Shown here piece by piece: positions 48,445-58,779 of a stretch of DNA of 64,000 nt. The first letter of the stretch is position 1. Every line of letters starts with the position of its first letter. The DNA comes from Candidatus Heimdallarchaeota archaeon (GTDB taxonomy: Archaea; Asgardarchaeota; Heimdallarchaeia; Hodarchaeales; Hodarchaeaceae). The stretch spans positions 3,225,532 through 3,289,531 of the forward strand of contig CP070695.1 of NCBI GenBank assembly GCA_020353515.1. The letters run 5' to 3'. The notes below the pieces were generated by a model that saw only the letters and a program-made list of their open reading frames with translations, ran no database searches and had not been told where the DNA came from. The translations under genes were made by a program, and so were the position numbers.

Positions 48445-49473
48445 CTAATCTTCCAATTCAAAACATTTTGTAACGATACGTTCTTTAAAACAGCGGTTGC
48501 AGGAGATACAATCAGCTCTTTTTTTCCCCGATCTGAACTTTTGTACTAGATCAGGTTCTCTGATGAAAGGACGACACAGCGAAATAAAATCAGCGAATTC
48601 GTCATGAAGTTCTTGTATCTGGGTTTGAGATCTGAGCCCTCCAACTAGGATAAGTGGCATATCACCAATATGGTGACTAATTCTTCTTCCTGTAGCAACA
48701 AAATATCCCTCATTTGCTTTCTTAACTGGACGAGTTGACTTCATTCCACTAACCTCGATCGCATCCAGTCCTTCATTAGCTAGCCAACTCGCTACTTTAG
48801 CCCCTTCTTCTACAGTAAAGCCTTCTAAAGGATCATCGGAACCATTCATTTTCACTAATACAGGATAATTAGGTCCGACAGCTGCTCTTATCGCATGATA
48901 GACTGTCAATAAGAATCGAGCACGATTCTCTAAACTTCCCCCCCAAGAATCAGTTCGTTTATTTGTTTTCGTGGAGAGAAATTGGCTTAGTAGATAACCA
49001 TGAGCAGAGTGGATTTGAACTGCATCATAACCAGCTTTTTTGACGCGTAAAGCAGCTGCTCCAAATCCCTTAATTACGTTCTCTATGTCCTCCCCACTCA
49101 TAACCTTAACTCCTTTATCCTCTCTAGCAGAAGCAGTTTTGGTGCTAACAGAATTTGCACCACCGTGGTTCAATTGAGCAGCGATTAAATTCCTTTTGTC
49201 TGCTTCGTGAACTAGTTTGGTAATTTTTTTCAAGCCATCTATCTGCATATCATTTGCTATACCAGCCATATGTGTGTGAGCCTTCCCTTCATCCATTACA
49301 TAAAGATGTCCTTGAATTATTAGTCCTATTTCCCCTAACCCGAGATTTGAGTACAAAGGGTAATATTCTTCAGTTATTGTGCCATCTTCATCGTTTGCAA
49401 TGAATTCAGCAGTAGCAGAACGGATAAAACGATTTTGTAGCTTTAATTCGCCAATATTTCCAGGATTAAACAT
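48445..49473 (-). CDS. NADH:flavin oxidoreductase (Old Yellow Enzyme family)
   Basis: LQNRFIRSAT, QLNHGG, HSAHGYLLSQFLS..TNKRTD.WGGSLENR, CISCNRC. Confidence 0.93.
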   Translation of the reverse strand: MFNPGNIGELKLQNRFIRSATAEFIANDEDGTITEEYYPLYSNLGLGEIGLIIQGHLYVMDEGKAHTHMAGIANDMQIDGLKKITKLVHEADKRNLIAAQLNHGGANSVSTKTASAREDKGVKVMSGEDIENVIKGFGAAALRVKKAGYDAVQIHSAHGYLLSQFLSTKTNKRTDSWGGSLENRARFLLTVYHAIRAAVGPNYPVLVKMNGSDDPLEGFTVEEGAKVASWLANEGLDAIEVSGMKSTRPVKKANEGYFVATGRRISHHIGDMPLILVGGLRSQTQIQELHDEFADFISLCRPFIREPDLVQKFRSGKKRADCISCNRCFKERIVTKCFELED

Positions 49474-49530
49474 GATTTTCTAATATTTCAGATTTTTCTT
49501 AAGATCTTTTCATCTGTAAAGTCAAGATCT

Positions 49531-50004
49531 CTAAATATCTGATTTTTGTCGAATTAAGTAGAAAATAGTAGGAATGACTATAATCCATCCAACAATGACT
49601 CCTACTGCAATATGAGCGGGAGGATTACGAGCAACAAGCATATTTGTTATAAATCCTAAGATTAGGGCAAAAAATCCCACTCCAGCTCCTAAAAGGTCAT
49701 TTTTTCGTATTAAAAATGCTGCTGCGAAGCTTATGAAGCCTACACACAAGCTCAACAATCCCCACCAAGATGATTTAATCGTCCAATGTTCGAGATGATC
49801 TGTAATATAATTTAGATAACCTGGAGCAGATAGCTCGAATATCAGAGACAACCCCCAACCCACGAATCCGACTAGACCAATTATTCCGAGAACTATAAAC
49901 TGAAAGACCACCAAGCTTAGAAGTGGATCACTTCTAACAGATAATGCTAATTGTTTGTATTTTTGAAACAATTTTTTACTCCAAGTTGAACTAGATTCAG
50001 GCAT
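49531..50004 (-). CDS. Hypothetical 4-TM membrane protein
   Basis: Four hydrophobic helices; AGGAGA upstream. Confidence 0.65.
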   Translation of the reverse strand: MPESSSTWSKKLFQKYKQLALSVRSDPLLSLVVFQFIVLGIIGLVGFVGWGLSLIFELSAPGYLNYITDHLEHWTIKSSWWGLLSLCVGFISFAAAFLIRKNDLLGAGVGFFALILGFITNMLVARNPPAHIAVGVIVGWIIVIPTIFYLIRQKSDI

Positions 50005-50052
50005 TTCGATCTCCTCTAATTATTATTCTAAATTCTCCCATCTTCATATTTT

Positions 50053-51192
50053 TTGGGTTATTTTATTGAAATACCTAAACAAATTATGTATCTTCTGTAC
50101 GAGGTCTTCTATTTGACATTATTAATTACTGGTGGAACGGGGTTAGTTGGCCGACATCTAGTTCAACATTTACTTGATGAATCCCCCTATGCCAATCAAC
50201 CCGAAAAAATTAGATTATTGGTTCGCAATAAGGAAAGAAATCCCCATCAGCAACGATTTTTACAAAAGTGTTTTGAAATAGGGGTTGACATCTTTCTAGG
50301 GAATTTGAGAAATGATGACGATGTATTAGCTTTTACAGATGTATCAGATCCTCAGAATTCTATATTGATTCATTCAGGGGCCATTTTTAACTTCTGGCAA
50401 CCGTATGAGCTTCTTTATGATGTTAATGTCTGTGGTACAATGAGAATCTTACATGGTTTTCTTCAAAATCGGATAAAAAAGATGATCTATCTCTCTTCGG
50501 TTGCTGTATATGGACGAATGACTGGAAATAATGGTCGTGGTGTTACAGAAACCAGTGAGATTGACCTCACTCTCAATAAGAATTATGAATTAACAAAGGC
50601 ATTGGGAGAAGCCTGTGTTCAAGAGTTCCAAAACAATCATCCTGAGAAATTAATAACAATTTTACGTCCATCTGGTATTATTGGTGGATCTGGATCAACA
50701 TTGGATGTTCTTGCACGAATGTTTGTTGGCCGTTTTGCACCTTTACCTCGTGGTGGAAAGGATAGGATCAGTCTCGTTGATGTAAAGGATGTAGTCTCTG
50801 CAATTGTATATTTTTCTGATTTTACTAGAGGTAACGGTGAGGAGTTTAATCTTGTAAGTTTTACTCCCACTCTGCGTGAGGTTGTACAGGAATTGAGTCA
50901 AGCTCTTCAAAAGAAGAATTTAAACATTATAGCCATCCCTCTTTTTATATTCAAGCCCCTTTATTATCTTGCACGTATTATTCGCAAGATTAAAAAACCC
51001 CAAGAACACTCATTTCTGCTTCCAGTCTTATTTGACAAGTTAGGACAGGATGTATGGATTGATAGTGAGAAACTAAGATTGTATGGGTTTCAATCAAATG
51101 GTACAAACCTCTCTGAGTCAATGGCAAGATTTGGATCCTTTTTAGCGAAAAATCCTTGGTATGCTGAACAGAAATTTGGTTTTGCTTTATAA
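50053..51192 (+). CDS. NAD-dependent epimerase/dehydratase (extended SDR)
   Basis: ITGGTGLVG, YLSSVAVYG, YELTK, LRPSGIIG; real start probably TTG 50113. Confidence 0.88.
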   Translation: MGYFIEIPKQIMYLLYEVFYLTLLITGGTGLVGRHLVQHLLDESPYANQPEKIRLLVRNKERNPHQQRFLQKCFEIGVDIFLGNLRNDDDVLAFTDVSDPQNSILIHSGAIFNFWQPYELLYDVNVCGTMRILHGFLQNRIKKMIYLSSVAVYGRMTGNNGRGVTETSEIDLTLNKNYELTKALGEACVQEFQNNHPEKLITILRPSGIIGGSGSTLDVLARMFVGRFAPLPRGGKDRISLVDVKDVVSAIVYFSDFTRGNGEEFNLVSFTPTLREVVQELSQALQKKNLNIIAIPLFIFKPLYYLARIIRKIKKPQEHSFLLPVLFDKLGQDVWIDSEKLRLYGFQSNGTNLSESMARFGSFLAKNPWYAEQKFGFAL

Positions 51193-51311
51193 CTTTCACT
51201 TAAAAATTATTTAATTTCCAATCATTTCAAATTTACCCAGTCTGAAATGGCTTTATAGGGTAGTGGAATTGCTTTTTTTGTTTTATCGAGACAATAATCG
51301 TGAGTTGGTAA

Positions 51312-52067
51312 TTGATTATGATAAGTTTAGATGTTTCTAATCATGTGGGAATACTCAAGCTAAATCGAGATATCACAAATGCAATAAATCTCGAACTAGT
51401 GAAAAAAATTACTAAGAATATTCGAGAAATAAAGACTGATCCAGATATTCACAGTATTGTACTTTCTAGTACAAATGATAAGTTCTTTGCTATTGGTTTT
51501 GATATTCCAGAGTTGATTGAGCTTTCTCGGAACGAATTCAAGGTTTTTTATCAATCATTCAATCAGTTATGTCTGGATCTATATTCTTTCCCTAAACCCA
51601 CGATTGCAGCATTAACTGGACATGCAATAGCAGGTGGATGCATTCTAGCTCTCTGTTGTGACTACCGATTTATTGCAGAAGGCCGAAAACTCATGGGACT
51701 TAACGAAGTCAAACTAGGAGTTCCAATTCCGTACCCAGGAGACTGTATTTTACGACAGGCTGTAGGTTCTCGGCATGCGCAGGAGATAACATATGTTGGT
51801 GACTTCTATCCTTCCGATGAGTTACTAAAAATGGGTATGGTTGACAATGTGTTTCCTGTAGACCAGGTACTAAATAAATCGATTGAAAAAGCTCAATTAT
51901 TAGGCTCCTTACCACAAGGAGCATTTGAAAGAATCAAACGTAATCGTATCGAATTGGTTAGAACACAAATTATTGAATATCTAGCTGAAAAAGAAGAGAT
52001 TTTTCTAGAACACTGGTTTTCAGCAGAAGCCCGAGAACGACTGAAAGAAGCCATCGAAAAGTTCTAG
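51312..52067 (+). CDS. Enoyl-CoA hydratase/isomerase family
   Basis: FFAIGFDI, PKPTIAALTGHAIAGGCILALCCDYR, MGLNEVKLG. Confidence 0.92.
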   Translation: MIMISLDVSNHVGILKLNRDITNAINLELVKKITKNIREIKTDPDIHSIVLSSTNDKFFAIGFDIPELIELSRNEFKVFYQSFNQLCLDLYSFPKPTIAALTGHAIAGGCILALCCDYRFIAEGRKLMGLNEVKLGVPIPYPGDCILRQAVGSRHAQEITYVGDFYPSDELLKMGMVDNVFPVDQVLNKSIEKAQLLGSLPQGAFERIKRNRIELVRTQIIEYLAEKEEIFLEHWFSAEARERLKEAIEKF

Positions 52068-52543
52068 ACCTTACCTTCTTCGGCCATTGACTTACATTTT
52101 CTTAAGACATAATCTAGAAATATATCACAAGTCTGCTTCCAACCCTTGGTAGCCAGATATTGACCGAGTTCCTCTCCTTTGCTAAAATCTGTTCGACTTA
52201 GTTCTTTACATTTAGTAGAACCGAATTTTTCTAAGAAATCACTATACAATTCCCCTACAGCCTGTACAGCCTTATTTCTCTCATCATCACACTCCTCTGG
52301 AACTTTTTCCTTCCCTTGACCACAACGAAATCCAATGGCAACACTACTACCTATTAGAAGTCCACATGTTGTTTTCCCTGACATTATGGCCCCTAAATAC
52401 CCTCCTGTTGCCCAAGAATACTCCTCCAGAGGTAAATTCCATAGAGTTAGTAATGCTTGTAATGATGCCTCAGCACAAGTATATCGATGCATTCTCTTGT
52501 ATGCTTGAGTGAGAATATCATTGAAAGCGTCTTGATCTGCCAT
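52064..52543 (-). CDS. C-GCAxxG-C-C family putative redox protein
   Basis: CAEA, TCGLLIG, FLEKFGSTKCKEL, terminal TC. Confidence 0.8.
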   Translation of the reverse strand: MADQDAFNDILTQAYKRMHRYTCAEASLQALLTLWNLPLEEYSWATGGYLGAIMSGKTTCGLLIGSSVAIGFRCGQGKEKVPEECDDERNKAVQAVGELYSDFLEKFGSTKCKELSRTDFSKGEELGQYLATKGWKQTCDIFLDYVLRKCKSMAEEGKV

Positions 52544-52576
52544 GTGATAATCCCTTTTCCTAATTAGTTGTGGTTT

Positions 52577-53071
52577 TTATAATTCTTCTTGTTCTAATTG
52601 TCCCCAGCACTTTTCACAGAAAATGCTCGTTTTTAATCTAGCTTCCCATACACTGTTTGAGAAAGTCATCACACAGGGAAGAGAACAGTGTTTTAATCCA
52701 AAAACGTGCCCTAATTCATGAGTGATTTCTTTTTGTAGAAATTCTGGGTCATCTTCAAGTCTATAAACCGAAACGACTGCACCTACACCTGTTAATGCGA
52801 TTCCAAATACAAAATTCAACTCTGGAACATATGTATCTTTAGAGATTATTAATAGTACAATCCCAGTAGAGTTATGAGACGAGGCAAAAGCTAACAGACA
52901 ATTTGCATCATATTGCCTTCGATTTGCATTCCAGCAAGAACTAGGAAGTTGAACTGATTTCTTCACATCAACCTTGTCGAATGGAAAGACATCCATTAAA
53001 TGATTATCAAGTCCTGATATTAAAGTTTGAGAAATGTCTGGATCAAGCATGATTTTTAAACAAAGTGGCAT
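52577..53071 (-). CDS. Archaemetzincin (M54 zinc metalloprotease)
   Basis: RRQY.A, LNFVFG, HELGHVFGLKHC, CVM.FS, FCEKC. Confidence 0.92.
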   Translation of the reverse strand: MPLCLKIMLDPDISQTLISGLDNHLMDVFPFDKVDVKKSVQLPSSCWNANRRQYDANCLLAFASSHNSTGIVLLIISKDTYVPELNFVFGIALTGVGAVVSVYRLEDDPEFLQKEITHELGHVFGLKHCSLPCVMTFSNSVWEARLKTSIFCEKCWGQLEQEEL

Positions 53072-53403
53072 TATTTGTCCTCATAAGACCCTGCTGTTTC
53101 CGATTTTCTTTTTAATACCTTGTTTTCAATGTAGATAATAATCCCCAGTAGTAAGATTTTAATATAATAAATAAAACCAGCCATATGGAGATGAGAATGC
53201 TCTACCAATGGAATCCGTCGCTAGTGGACGACCACCAGCATTTATTTTCAAGTCCAAAATGTTAAGGTTGAGCATATCCTATAGATTTTGTTGTTCTCTT
53301 CTACCAATATTATATAATAGCGGAGTCTGCAGCTTTTTAATTAGAAAAAATACTAGATCAGCAGATTTTACAACATTTCGCCTAATTTATGGAGTTTTTA
53401 AGC

Positions 53404-54534
53404 ATGAAAAACAATAATGATTTCGTTGTCACACCATATGAAGTACAGGGAAAAGTGGACTATAACAAGCTTATGGAACGATTTGGAACAGAACCAATAG
53501 ATCAGGCTTTACTAGAAAGAATCCGAAAGCATACTGGTGATTTACATTTCATGTTACGTCGTGGAACCTTCTTTACTCATCGAGATATGAATTTTATCCT
53601 AGATGAATGGGAGAAAGGTAATAAATATTATCTTTACACTGGTCGGGGCCCCTCTGAGGATATTCACCTTGGACATCTGGTTCCATGGATTTTTACTAAA
53701 TGGTTGCAAGATAAATTTAAAGTCAAGTTTATATTCCAACTTACTGATGATGAAAAATTCTTGATTGAAGAAAAATTAAGCAAAGAAGAAACATATTCCT
53801 TTGCAATTGAAAACGCTTGTGATGTGATCGCTTTAGGATTTGATCATAAGAATACTGAAATTATTATCGATACAGACAATGCTCAAACATTCTACAACAT
53901 TGCCCTTCCTGTTGCCAAGAAAATCACTTATTCAACGGTAAAAGCATCTTTTGGATTTGATAATTCCATAAATATTGGAAGTGTCTTTTATACAAGCATC
54001 CAAGCTGTTCCTGCAGTTCTTGAAAGTGTCAGACAAGGAAAAAACATTCCCTGTCTCATTCCTCACGCGATAGATCAAGACCCTCATTTCAGATTAGCAC
54101 GTGATGTACTTCCAAGATTGGGATACTACAAACCAGCCAGCATCCAATGTTCATTCCTTCCTGCTCTTGGTGGGCCTGAAGGTAAGATGTCTGCTTCTGA
54201 TCCCACTCAAACAGTATATGTTACAGATGACCCCAAAACTGTTGAAATGAAGATCAAAAAACATGCATTCTCTGGAGGACAAGTATCTGTAGCTGAACAC
54301 CGAAAGAAAGGGGGGGATCCAGATATTGATGTTAGTTTTCAATGGCTAAAAATCCTCTTTGAACCTGATGATAAAAAGATCAAGACAATAGAGGAGGATT
54401 ATCGGAATGGAGATATGCTTACTGGAGAGTTAAAAGCAATTTTAATCGAGAAAATCAATACATTCCTTGAAAGTCATAGATCAAAACGTGAAAAAGCACG
54501 AGATCAGTTGGATAATTATTTAGTCAAAGATTAA
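53404..54534 (+). CDS. trpS: Tryptophan--tRNA ligase (archaeal/eukaryotic type)
   Basis: YTGRGPS, HLGH, TDDEKFL, AIDQDPHFR, KMSAS, HAFSGG; probable ATG 53404 (track 53389). Confidence 0.97.
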   Translation: MKNNNDFVVTPYEVQGKVDYNKLMERFGTEPIDQALLERIRKHTGDLHFMLRRGTFFTHRDMNFILDEWEKGNKYYLYTGRGPSEDIHLGHLVPWIFTKWLQDKFKVKFIFQLTDDEKFLIEEKLSKEETYSFAIENACDVIALGFDHKNTEIIIDTDNAQTFYNIALPVAKKITYSTVKASFGFDNSINIGSVFYTSIQAVPAVLESVRQGKNIPCLIPHAIDQDPHFRLARDVLPRLGYYKPASIQCSFLPALGGPEGKMSASDPTQTVYVTDDPKTVEMKIKKHAFSGGQVSVAEHRKKGGDPDIDVSFQWLKILFEPDDKKIKTIEEDYRNGDMLTGELKAILIEKINTFLESHRSKREKARDQLDNYLVKD

Positions 54535-54650
54535 TTGTTTTTATCACCCTCTCCCTTATTACTTTTTGAATAGATCAGGAGGAGTAAAGGCCAGAAATCC
54601 TCTTAAAACTCCTAAATCATTCTTGTTTATTACTCTTGGAGGTTAAGAAA

Positions 54651-54968
54651 GTGTTTATTGTATGTGTAACTGTCTTTGTTAAACCCGAATATCGAGACGC
54701 GTTTATAGAAGCTTCCTTAGAGAATGCTAGAAATACAAGAAATGAACCTAAGAACTTACGATTTGATGTCTTACAATGCTTAGATGACCCTGATCGTTTC
54801 TTCTTATACGAGGTCTATCAAGACGAAACTGGCATGAATGATCACAAAACCACTAGCCATTATCAAAAATGGCGAGAGACTGTCGAAGAAATGATGGCAA
54901 AACCCCGTGAAGGCATCAAACATAAGAATCTATTTCCAATAACAGAAGAATCTTTTCTGTCAAAATAG
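54651..54968 (+). CDS. ABM/LsrG-like dimeric alpha+beta barrel protein
   Basis: EPKNLRFDVLQ...RFFLYEVY...HKTTSHY..WR; GGAGG before GTG 54651. Confidence 0.85.
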   Translation: MFIVCVTVFVKPEYRDAFIEASLENARNTRNEPKNLRFDVLQCLDDPDRFFLYEVYQDETGMNDHKTTSHYQKWRETVEEMMAKPREGIKHKNLFPITEESFLSK

Positions 54969-54977
54969 GAGAGAAAA

Positions 54978-56150
54978 ATGGAATTTGAGTTTCTTCCTAC
55001 TCCCTGTATTTTCTTTGGTCCCAAACAGTTTCATAAAATTGGAACTCTTGTGAAAGAGCTTGGTTCACGATTATTGATCGTTGCAAGTGGAAGTGCATTA
55101 AACTCTCCTGAGACGAGAGAAACGGTTTCAACCTTAAAGCAAGAGATTGAGTTTGATACCTTTTTAGTTACAGGAGAACCAACTATCGAAACCATTGATT
55201 CTGGTGTTCAAAAAGCTCACGATTTCAAAGCAGATGTGATTATGGGACTTGGTGGGGGAAGTGCTATTGATGGCAGTAAGGCAATTGCAGGCTTAATCAC
55301 AAACCCAGGGGGATCAGCTAGAGATTATATGGAAGTGATTGGGAGAGGATCTGTTATTACTCAACCTTCACTACCCATCGTAGCAGTGCCTACAACAGCA
55401 GGTACTGGTAGTGAGGTTACAAAAAATGCAGTGATTTTAGCAGAGAAGGAAAAATTTAAAGCTAGTATTCGTAGTCCCCTTTTAATCCCCAAAATAGCAA
55501 TCATTGATCCAAGGTTGATGCAAGCAGTTCCACCTTCTGTTACTGCAACTTGTGGAATGGATGCTTTAACGCAACTGATTGAGGCTTACACATCAAATAA
55601 AGCTCAACCATTAACAGAAACATTAGCTTTACTGGGAGTCAAAAAAGCAACAAAATCTCTTTTAATCTGTTACAAAAAAGGAGAATCTTTAGAAGCGAGA
55701 GAAGATATGGCTTTAGCTTCATTATTAAGTGGAATCTGCTTAGCAAATTCAGGTTTAGGAGCTGTACATGGATTCGCCTCACCTATGGGAGGATTGAAAA
55801 TCCCTCATGGAGTTATATGTGCAGCTCTCCTAGCACCCACAATCGAAGCAAACATCAAGCAATTGACAATGAAAGACCCAAAAAATACAGCACTTAAAAA
55901 ATATGCAAAATTAGGAGAAATTGTCTCTGGAAAGACAATTCCATCGATTAATGATGCTCATATTGCTCTAATAAATTACTTGAAAACCTTAACAAAACAA
56001 TTAAATATCCCAACTTTGTCGAAATTTGCATTATCTGATTCTGATGTTCAAACTATTGTTGATAACGCAATTAAGTCCTCAAGTATGAAGTATAATCCAA
56101 TCAAATTGAAAAAAGAAGTATTAAAAGAAATATTACATCAAATCATTTGA
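54978..56150 (+). CDS. Iron-containing (group III) alcohol dehydrogenase
   Basis: GLGGGSAID, PTTAGTGSEVT, GMDALTQLIE, GAVHG, PHG. Confidence 0.93.
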   Translation: MEFEFLPTPCIFFGPKQFHKIGTLVKELGSRLLIVASGSALNSPETRETVSTLKQEIEFDTFLVTGEPTIETIDSGVQKAHDFKADVIMGLGGGSAIDGSKAIAGLITNPGGSARDYMEVIGRGSVITQPSLPIVAVPTTAGTGSEVTKNAVILAEKEKFKASIRSPLLIPKIAIIDPRLMQAVPPSVTATCGMDALTQLIEAYTSNKAQPLTETLALLGVKKATKSLLICYKKGESLEAREDMALASLLSGICLANSGLGAVHGFASPMGGLKIPHGVICAALLAPTIEANIKQLTMKDPKNTALKKYAKLGEIVSGKTIPSINDAHIALINYLKTLTKQLNIPTLSKFALSDSDVQTIVDNAIKSSSMKYNPIKLKKEVLKEILHQII

Positions 56151-56152
56151 AA

Positions 56153-57301
56153 CTAATCTGATCCAAGTATTTGATGAGCTTCTTTCAGTTGGTCAATTAT
56201 TGGAATATTTTGTGGACATTTCTCGAGACACTCTTCACATTCAATACAAGCTGTTGCATCTTTGCCAGGTAGCCACCGCAGCTTCCCAATCTGAGCATAC
56301 ATCACTTTTGAGTCTTCCTTTTGCCCATATACTTGATATCGAATTAAAAAGTTGAAGATTTCCTTGATATTTACCTCATTTGGGCAGGGCATACAATAGC
56401 CACAACCAGTACAGACCACATCAGAGAGTTCCTTGAATTTAGCTGCGATGTTCTTAATCCGGTCTTTCTCCTCAGTAGATAGTACATTATAATCTTCTTT
56501 TGACACTAATTTTAAATTTTCATCCAACATCTGGTCAGATCCCATCCCTGAAAGAGCAACCGACACATTGGGATTATTGAGCACGAATTTCAAAGCTAGA
56601 TCCACAAAGTTATTTCTACCCTCGGTAGTCCAGTGTTGCATTGATTCAGGGAGAGGAGAACCTGCTAACCTGCCACCCCCGACAGGCCCCATGATCGCAA
56701 CACCTAATCCTTTTTCAGCGGCATATGCCAACATCTCTTCGTTCACTTGATCAATGATGTTGTATTGCACCAACATCAGTTCAAAATGCCCAGTATCAAT
56801 TATTTCCTTGAGAACTTCTGGTGTATCATGAAATGAGAATGCAATATGTTTGATTTTTCCAGCTTCTTTTGCTGCCTTTGCTCTTTCGATGAGATTTAAT
56901 CCTATAATTTTTTCCTTGAATGTTTTACCATTAATGCCATGGAAGAGATAAAAGTCCAAGTAGTCAACATCGAGTTTCTCCAGCTGTTCATTGAGATACT
57001 TATCGTAATGAGCAGACTCTGTGAAATCAGGCATTCCTACAGGACATTTCGTTGCAAGAATCACTTTTTCGCGATAACCGTCCTTTAATGCCTGTCCGAC
57101 AACAATCTCACTTTCCTTATCATGATATGGATAAGCAGTATCGATATAATTAATACCAGAGTCAATTCCTTTTCTAATTAACCGAATCGCTTCTTCACGA
57201 TTAATCGCGGGTTGTCCAGGTTTTAGTGTTGGAAGTCTCATACATCCAAATCCTAAAGCAGATACTTTTATACCTGTATTTCCTAATTTTCTATAATTCA
57301 T
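56153..57301 (-). CDS. Aldo/keto reductase with C-terminal 4Fe-4S dicluster domain
   Basis: LGFGCMRLP, IDTAYPY, ATK, LFHG; CTGCGYCMPCP, CIECEECLEKCP. Confidence 0.92.
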   Translation of the reverse strand: MNYRKLGNTGIKVSALGFGCMRLPTLKPGQPAINREEAIRLIRKGIDSGINYIDTAYPYHDKESEIVVGQALKDGYREKVILATKCPVGMPDFTESAHYDKYLNEQLEKLDVDYLDFYLFHGINGKTFKEKIIGLNLIERAKAAKEAGKIKHIAFSFHDTPEVLKEIIDTGHFELMLVQYNIIDQVNEEMLAYAAEKGLGVAIMGPVGGGRLAGSPLPESMQHWTTEGRNNFVDLALKFVLNNPNVSVALSGMGSDQMLDENLKLVSKEDYNVLSTEEKDRIKNIAAKFKELSDVVCTGCGYCMPCPNEVNIKEIFNFLIRYQVYGQKEDSKVMYAQIGKLRWLPGKDATACIECEECLEKCPQNIPIIDQLKEAHQILGSD

Positions 57302-57351
57302 AATCTTTTGATTCCTTTTTTCTTGTGATAAGATGCTTTTCGAGTATGCAG

Positions 57352-58764
57352 TTAGGCTGATTTGTCGATCTTTGTTTGATGGAGTTCTTTGAGTTTTTCC
57401 TTAACGCTCTTTAGTTTTTCGCCATATAGACCAAAATAGTTAATAAAAAGGATTGATAATAGAGAGGCAACTGCTGGGAATATAGAGAAGAGGAGTCGAA
57501 GACCTAAACGAAAATCTTCTAATTTTTGAGGATCGACAGCTTCACCAAAATATTGTTCCCACCCAAAACCACTAAAGACTACTGCAATAGAAACGAAGAC
57601 AAGAATGATTGATAAACGCATTATGAACGCATTAACTCCATAATAGGCTCCTTCCCGCCTAACTCCTGTGCGAATTTCATCTTCATCTATAATATCACTC
57701 ATAATGAGGTCTTTCAAGTACAAACTACCAGCTATGCCAATACCAAGAAAGAAAAAGCTCAGAACTCCTAGAATCCAGTCATCGATGACAAAAAATGGTA
57801 ATAATCCTAATATCAGAACAGCTAATGATATCATCCATGTTTTTCTTAAATCACCTAATCGATTTCCTACATATTTCCACAGGTTAACGAATATAGCGGC
57901 AGAAATAAAAGTAAATCCCAAAAGGATTCCCACTAGAAATGTAGGAATGTCCTGTAATACAGATGTTGCATATAATGGAGCAATGGTTGTTAAAATACCG
58001 AAAACATACCAGCTAAAGGTATTTGCTACCACAAAAATTTGAAAATATCTGTTCTTTAAAGTATGGAGAAAAGCATTTTTCCATTCAGGGACATTTAATG
58101 CATCATCCACAAATTCTGGCCGCTCTCGAAAAGCTCCACCTCTAATCCCGATGAAATAACATATGAAAACAATTATCCCAATAACTATCCCAGCAAGCTG
58201 ATATTGTCCAATGGTCGTTACTTGATCAGTTTCTCCTTTTAAATCCGAAATTATTAATGTAGGAACAATGAATGCGATTAATAATCCCATAATTAAGAAA
58301 ATCTGGCGAAAATTATTTGCTTTCGCTCTATCGTCCTCTGTTTGATACATTTCAGGAAAGAGACTAGTCATATTCAGTGAATTTGTCGTATAGATTGTAT
58401 CCCATAGCACGATTATTCCTAAAAAGTAAAAGTAGCTCCAATCTAAATTCCAAAACGGTGGTGTCCAGATCAAAATCATAATTGCGGATAATGGGATGAA
58501 TGAACCCACAATAAACGGTATACGACGACCCCAACGAGTTTTTGTCCTATCAGAAATCAGTCCAATAAGGGGATCGTTTATTGAATTCCATAACGACCAT
58601 GCAATAAATCCTAATGCCATGTGAATTACATTAAGACCAATGACAGCGTAATAGAAAGTAAATATAAGAAAACTAAAATTTTGATATGAAATTGCATCTC
58701 CCATTGTGGCAAGAGCAAAAAAAATAGGATTACCTGGTGTATATTCAGTTTCTGATTTTTCCAT
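57352..58764 (-). CDS. MFS glycoside-pentoside-hexuronide (MelB-like) transporter
   Basis: NDPLIGLISDRTKTRWGRRIPF, DIIDEDEIRTGVRREGAYYG; 12 TM. Confidence 0.92.
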   Translation of the reverse strand: MEKSETEYTPGNPIFFALATMGDAISYQNFSFLIFTFYYAVIGLNVIHMALGFIAWSLWNSINDPLIGLISDRTKTRWGRRIPFIVGSFIPLSAIMILIWTPPFWNLDWSYFYFLGIIVLWDTIYTTNSLNMTSLFPEMYQTEDDRAKANNFRQIFLIMGLLIAFIVPTLIISDLKGETDQVTTIGQYQLAGIVIGIIVFICYFIGIRGGAFRERPEFVDDALNVPEWKNAFLHTLKNRYFQIFVVANTFSWYVFGILTTIAPLYATSVLQDIPTFLVGILLGFTFISAAIFVNLWKYVGNRLGDLRKTWMISLAVLILGLLPFFVIDDWILGVLSFFFLGIGIAGSLYLKDLIMSDIIDEDEIRTGVRREGAYYGVNAFIMRLSIILVFVSIAVVFSGFGWEQYFGEAVDPQKLEDFRLGLRLLFSIFPAVASLLSILFINYFGLYGEKLKSVKEKLKELHQTKIDKSA

Positions 58765-58779
58765 ATTTGATTCACCTTT

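Noticed and set aside
8700-52543. Selenocysteine or pyrrolysine read-through in the Cys-rich and redox ORFs
   Set aside because: In the ORFs checked, the proteins look complete and no TGA/TAG falls at a conserved Cys position with coding-like continuation
53072-53388. Slightly GC-richer stretch upstream of trpS as a T-box/ncRNA or small gene (track ORF 53208-53417)
   Set aside because: No T-box consensus and only a 4-bp stem; minus-strand frames are interrupted by stops; may be a decayed gene but cannot be supported
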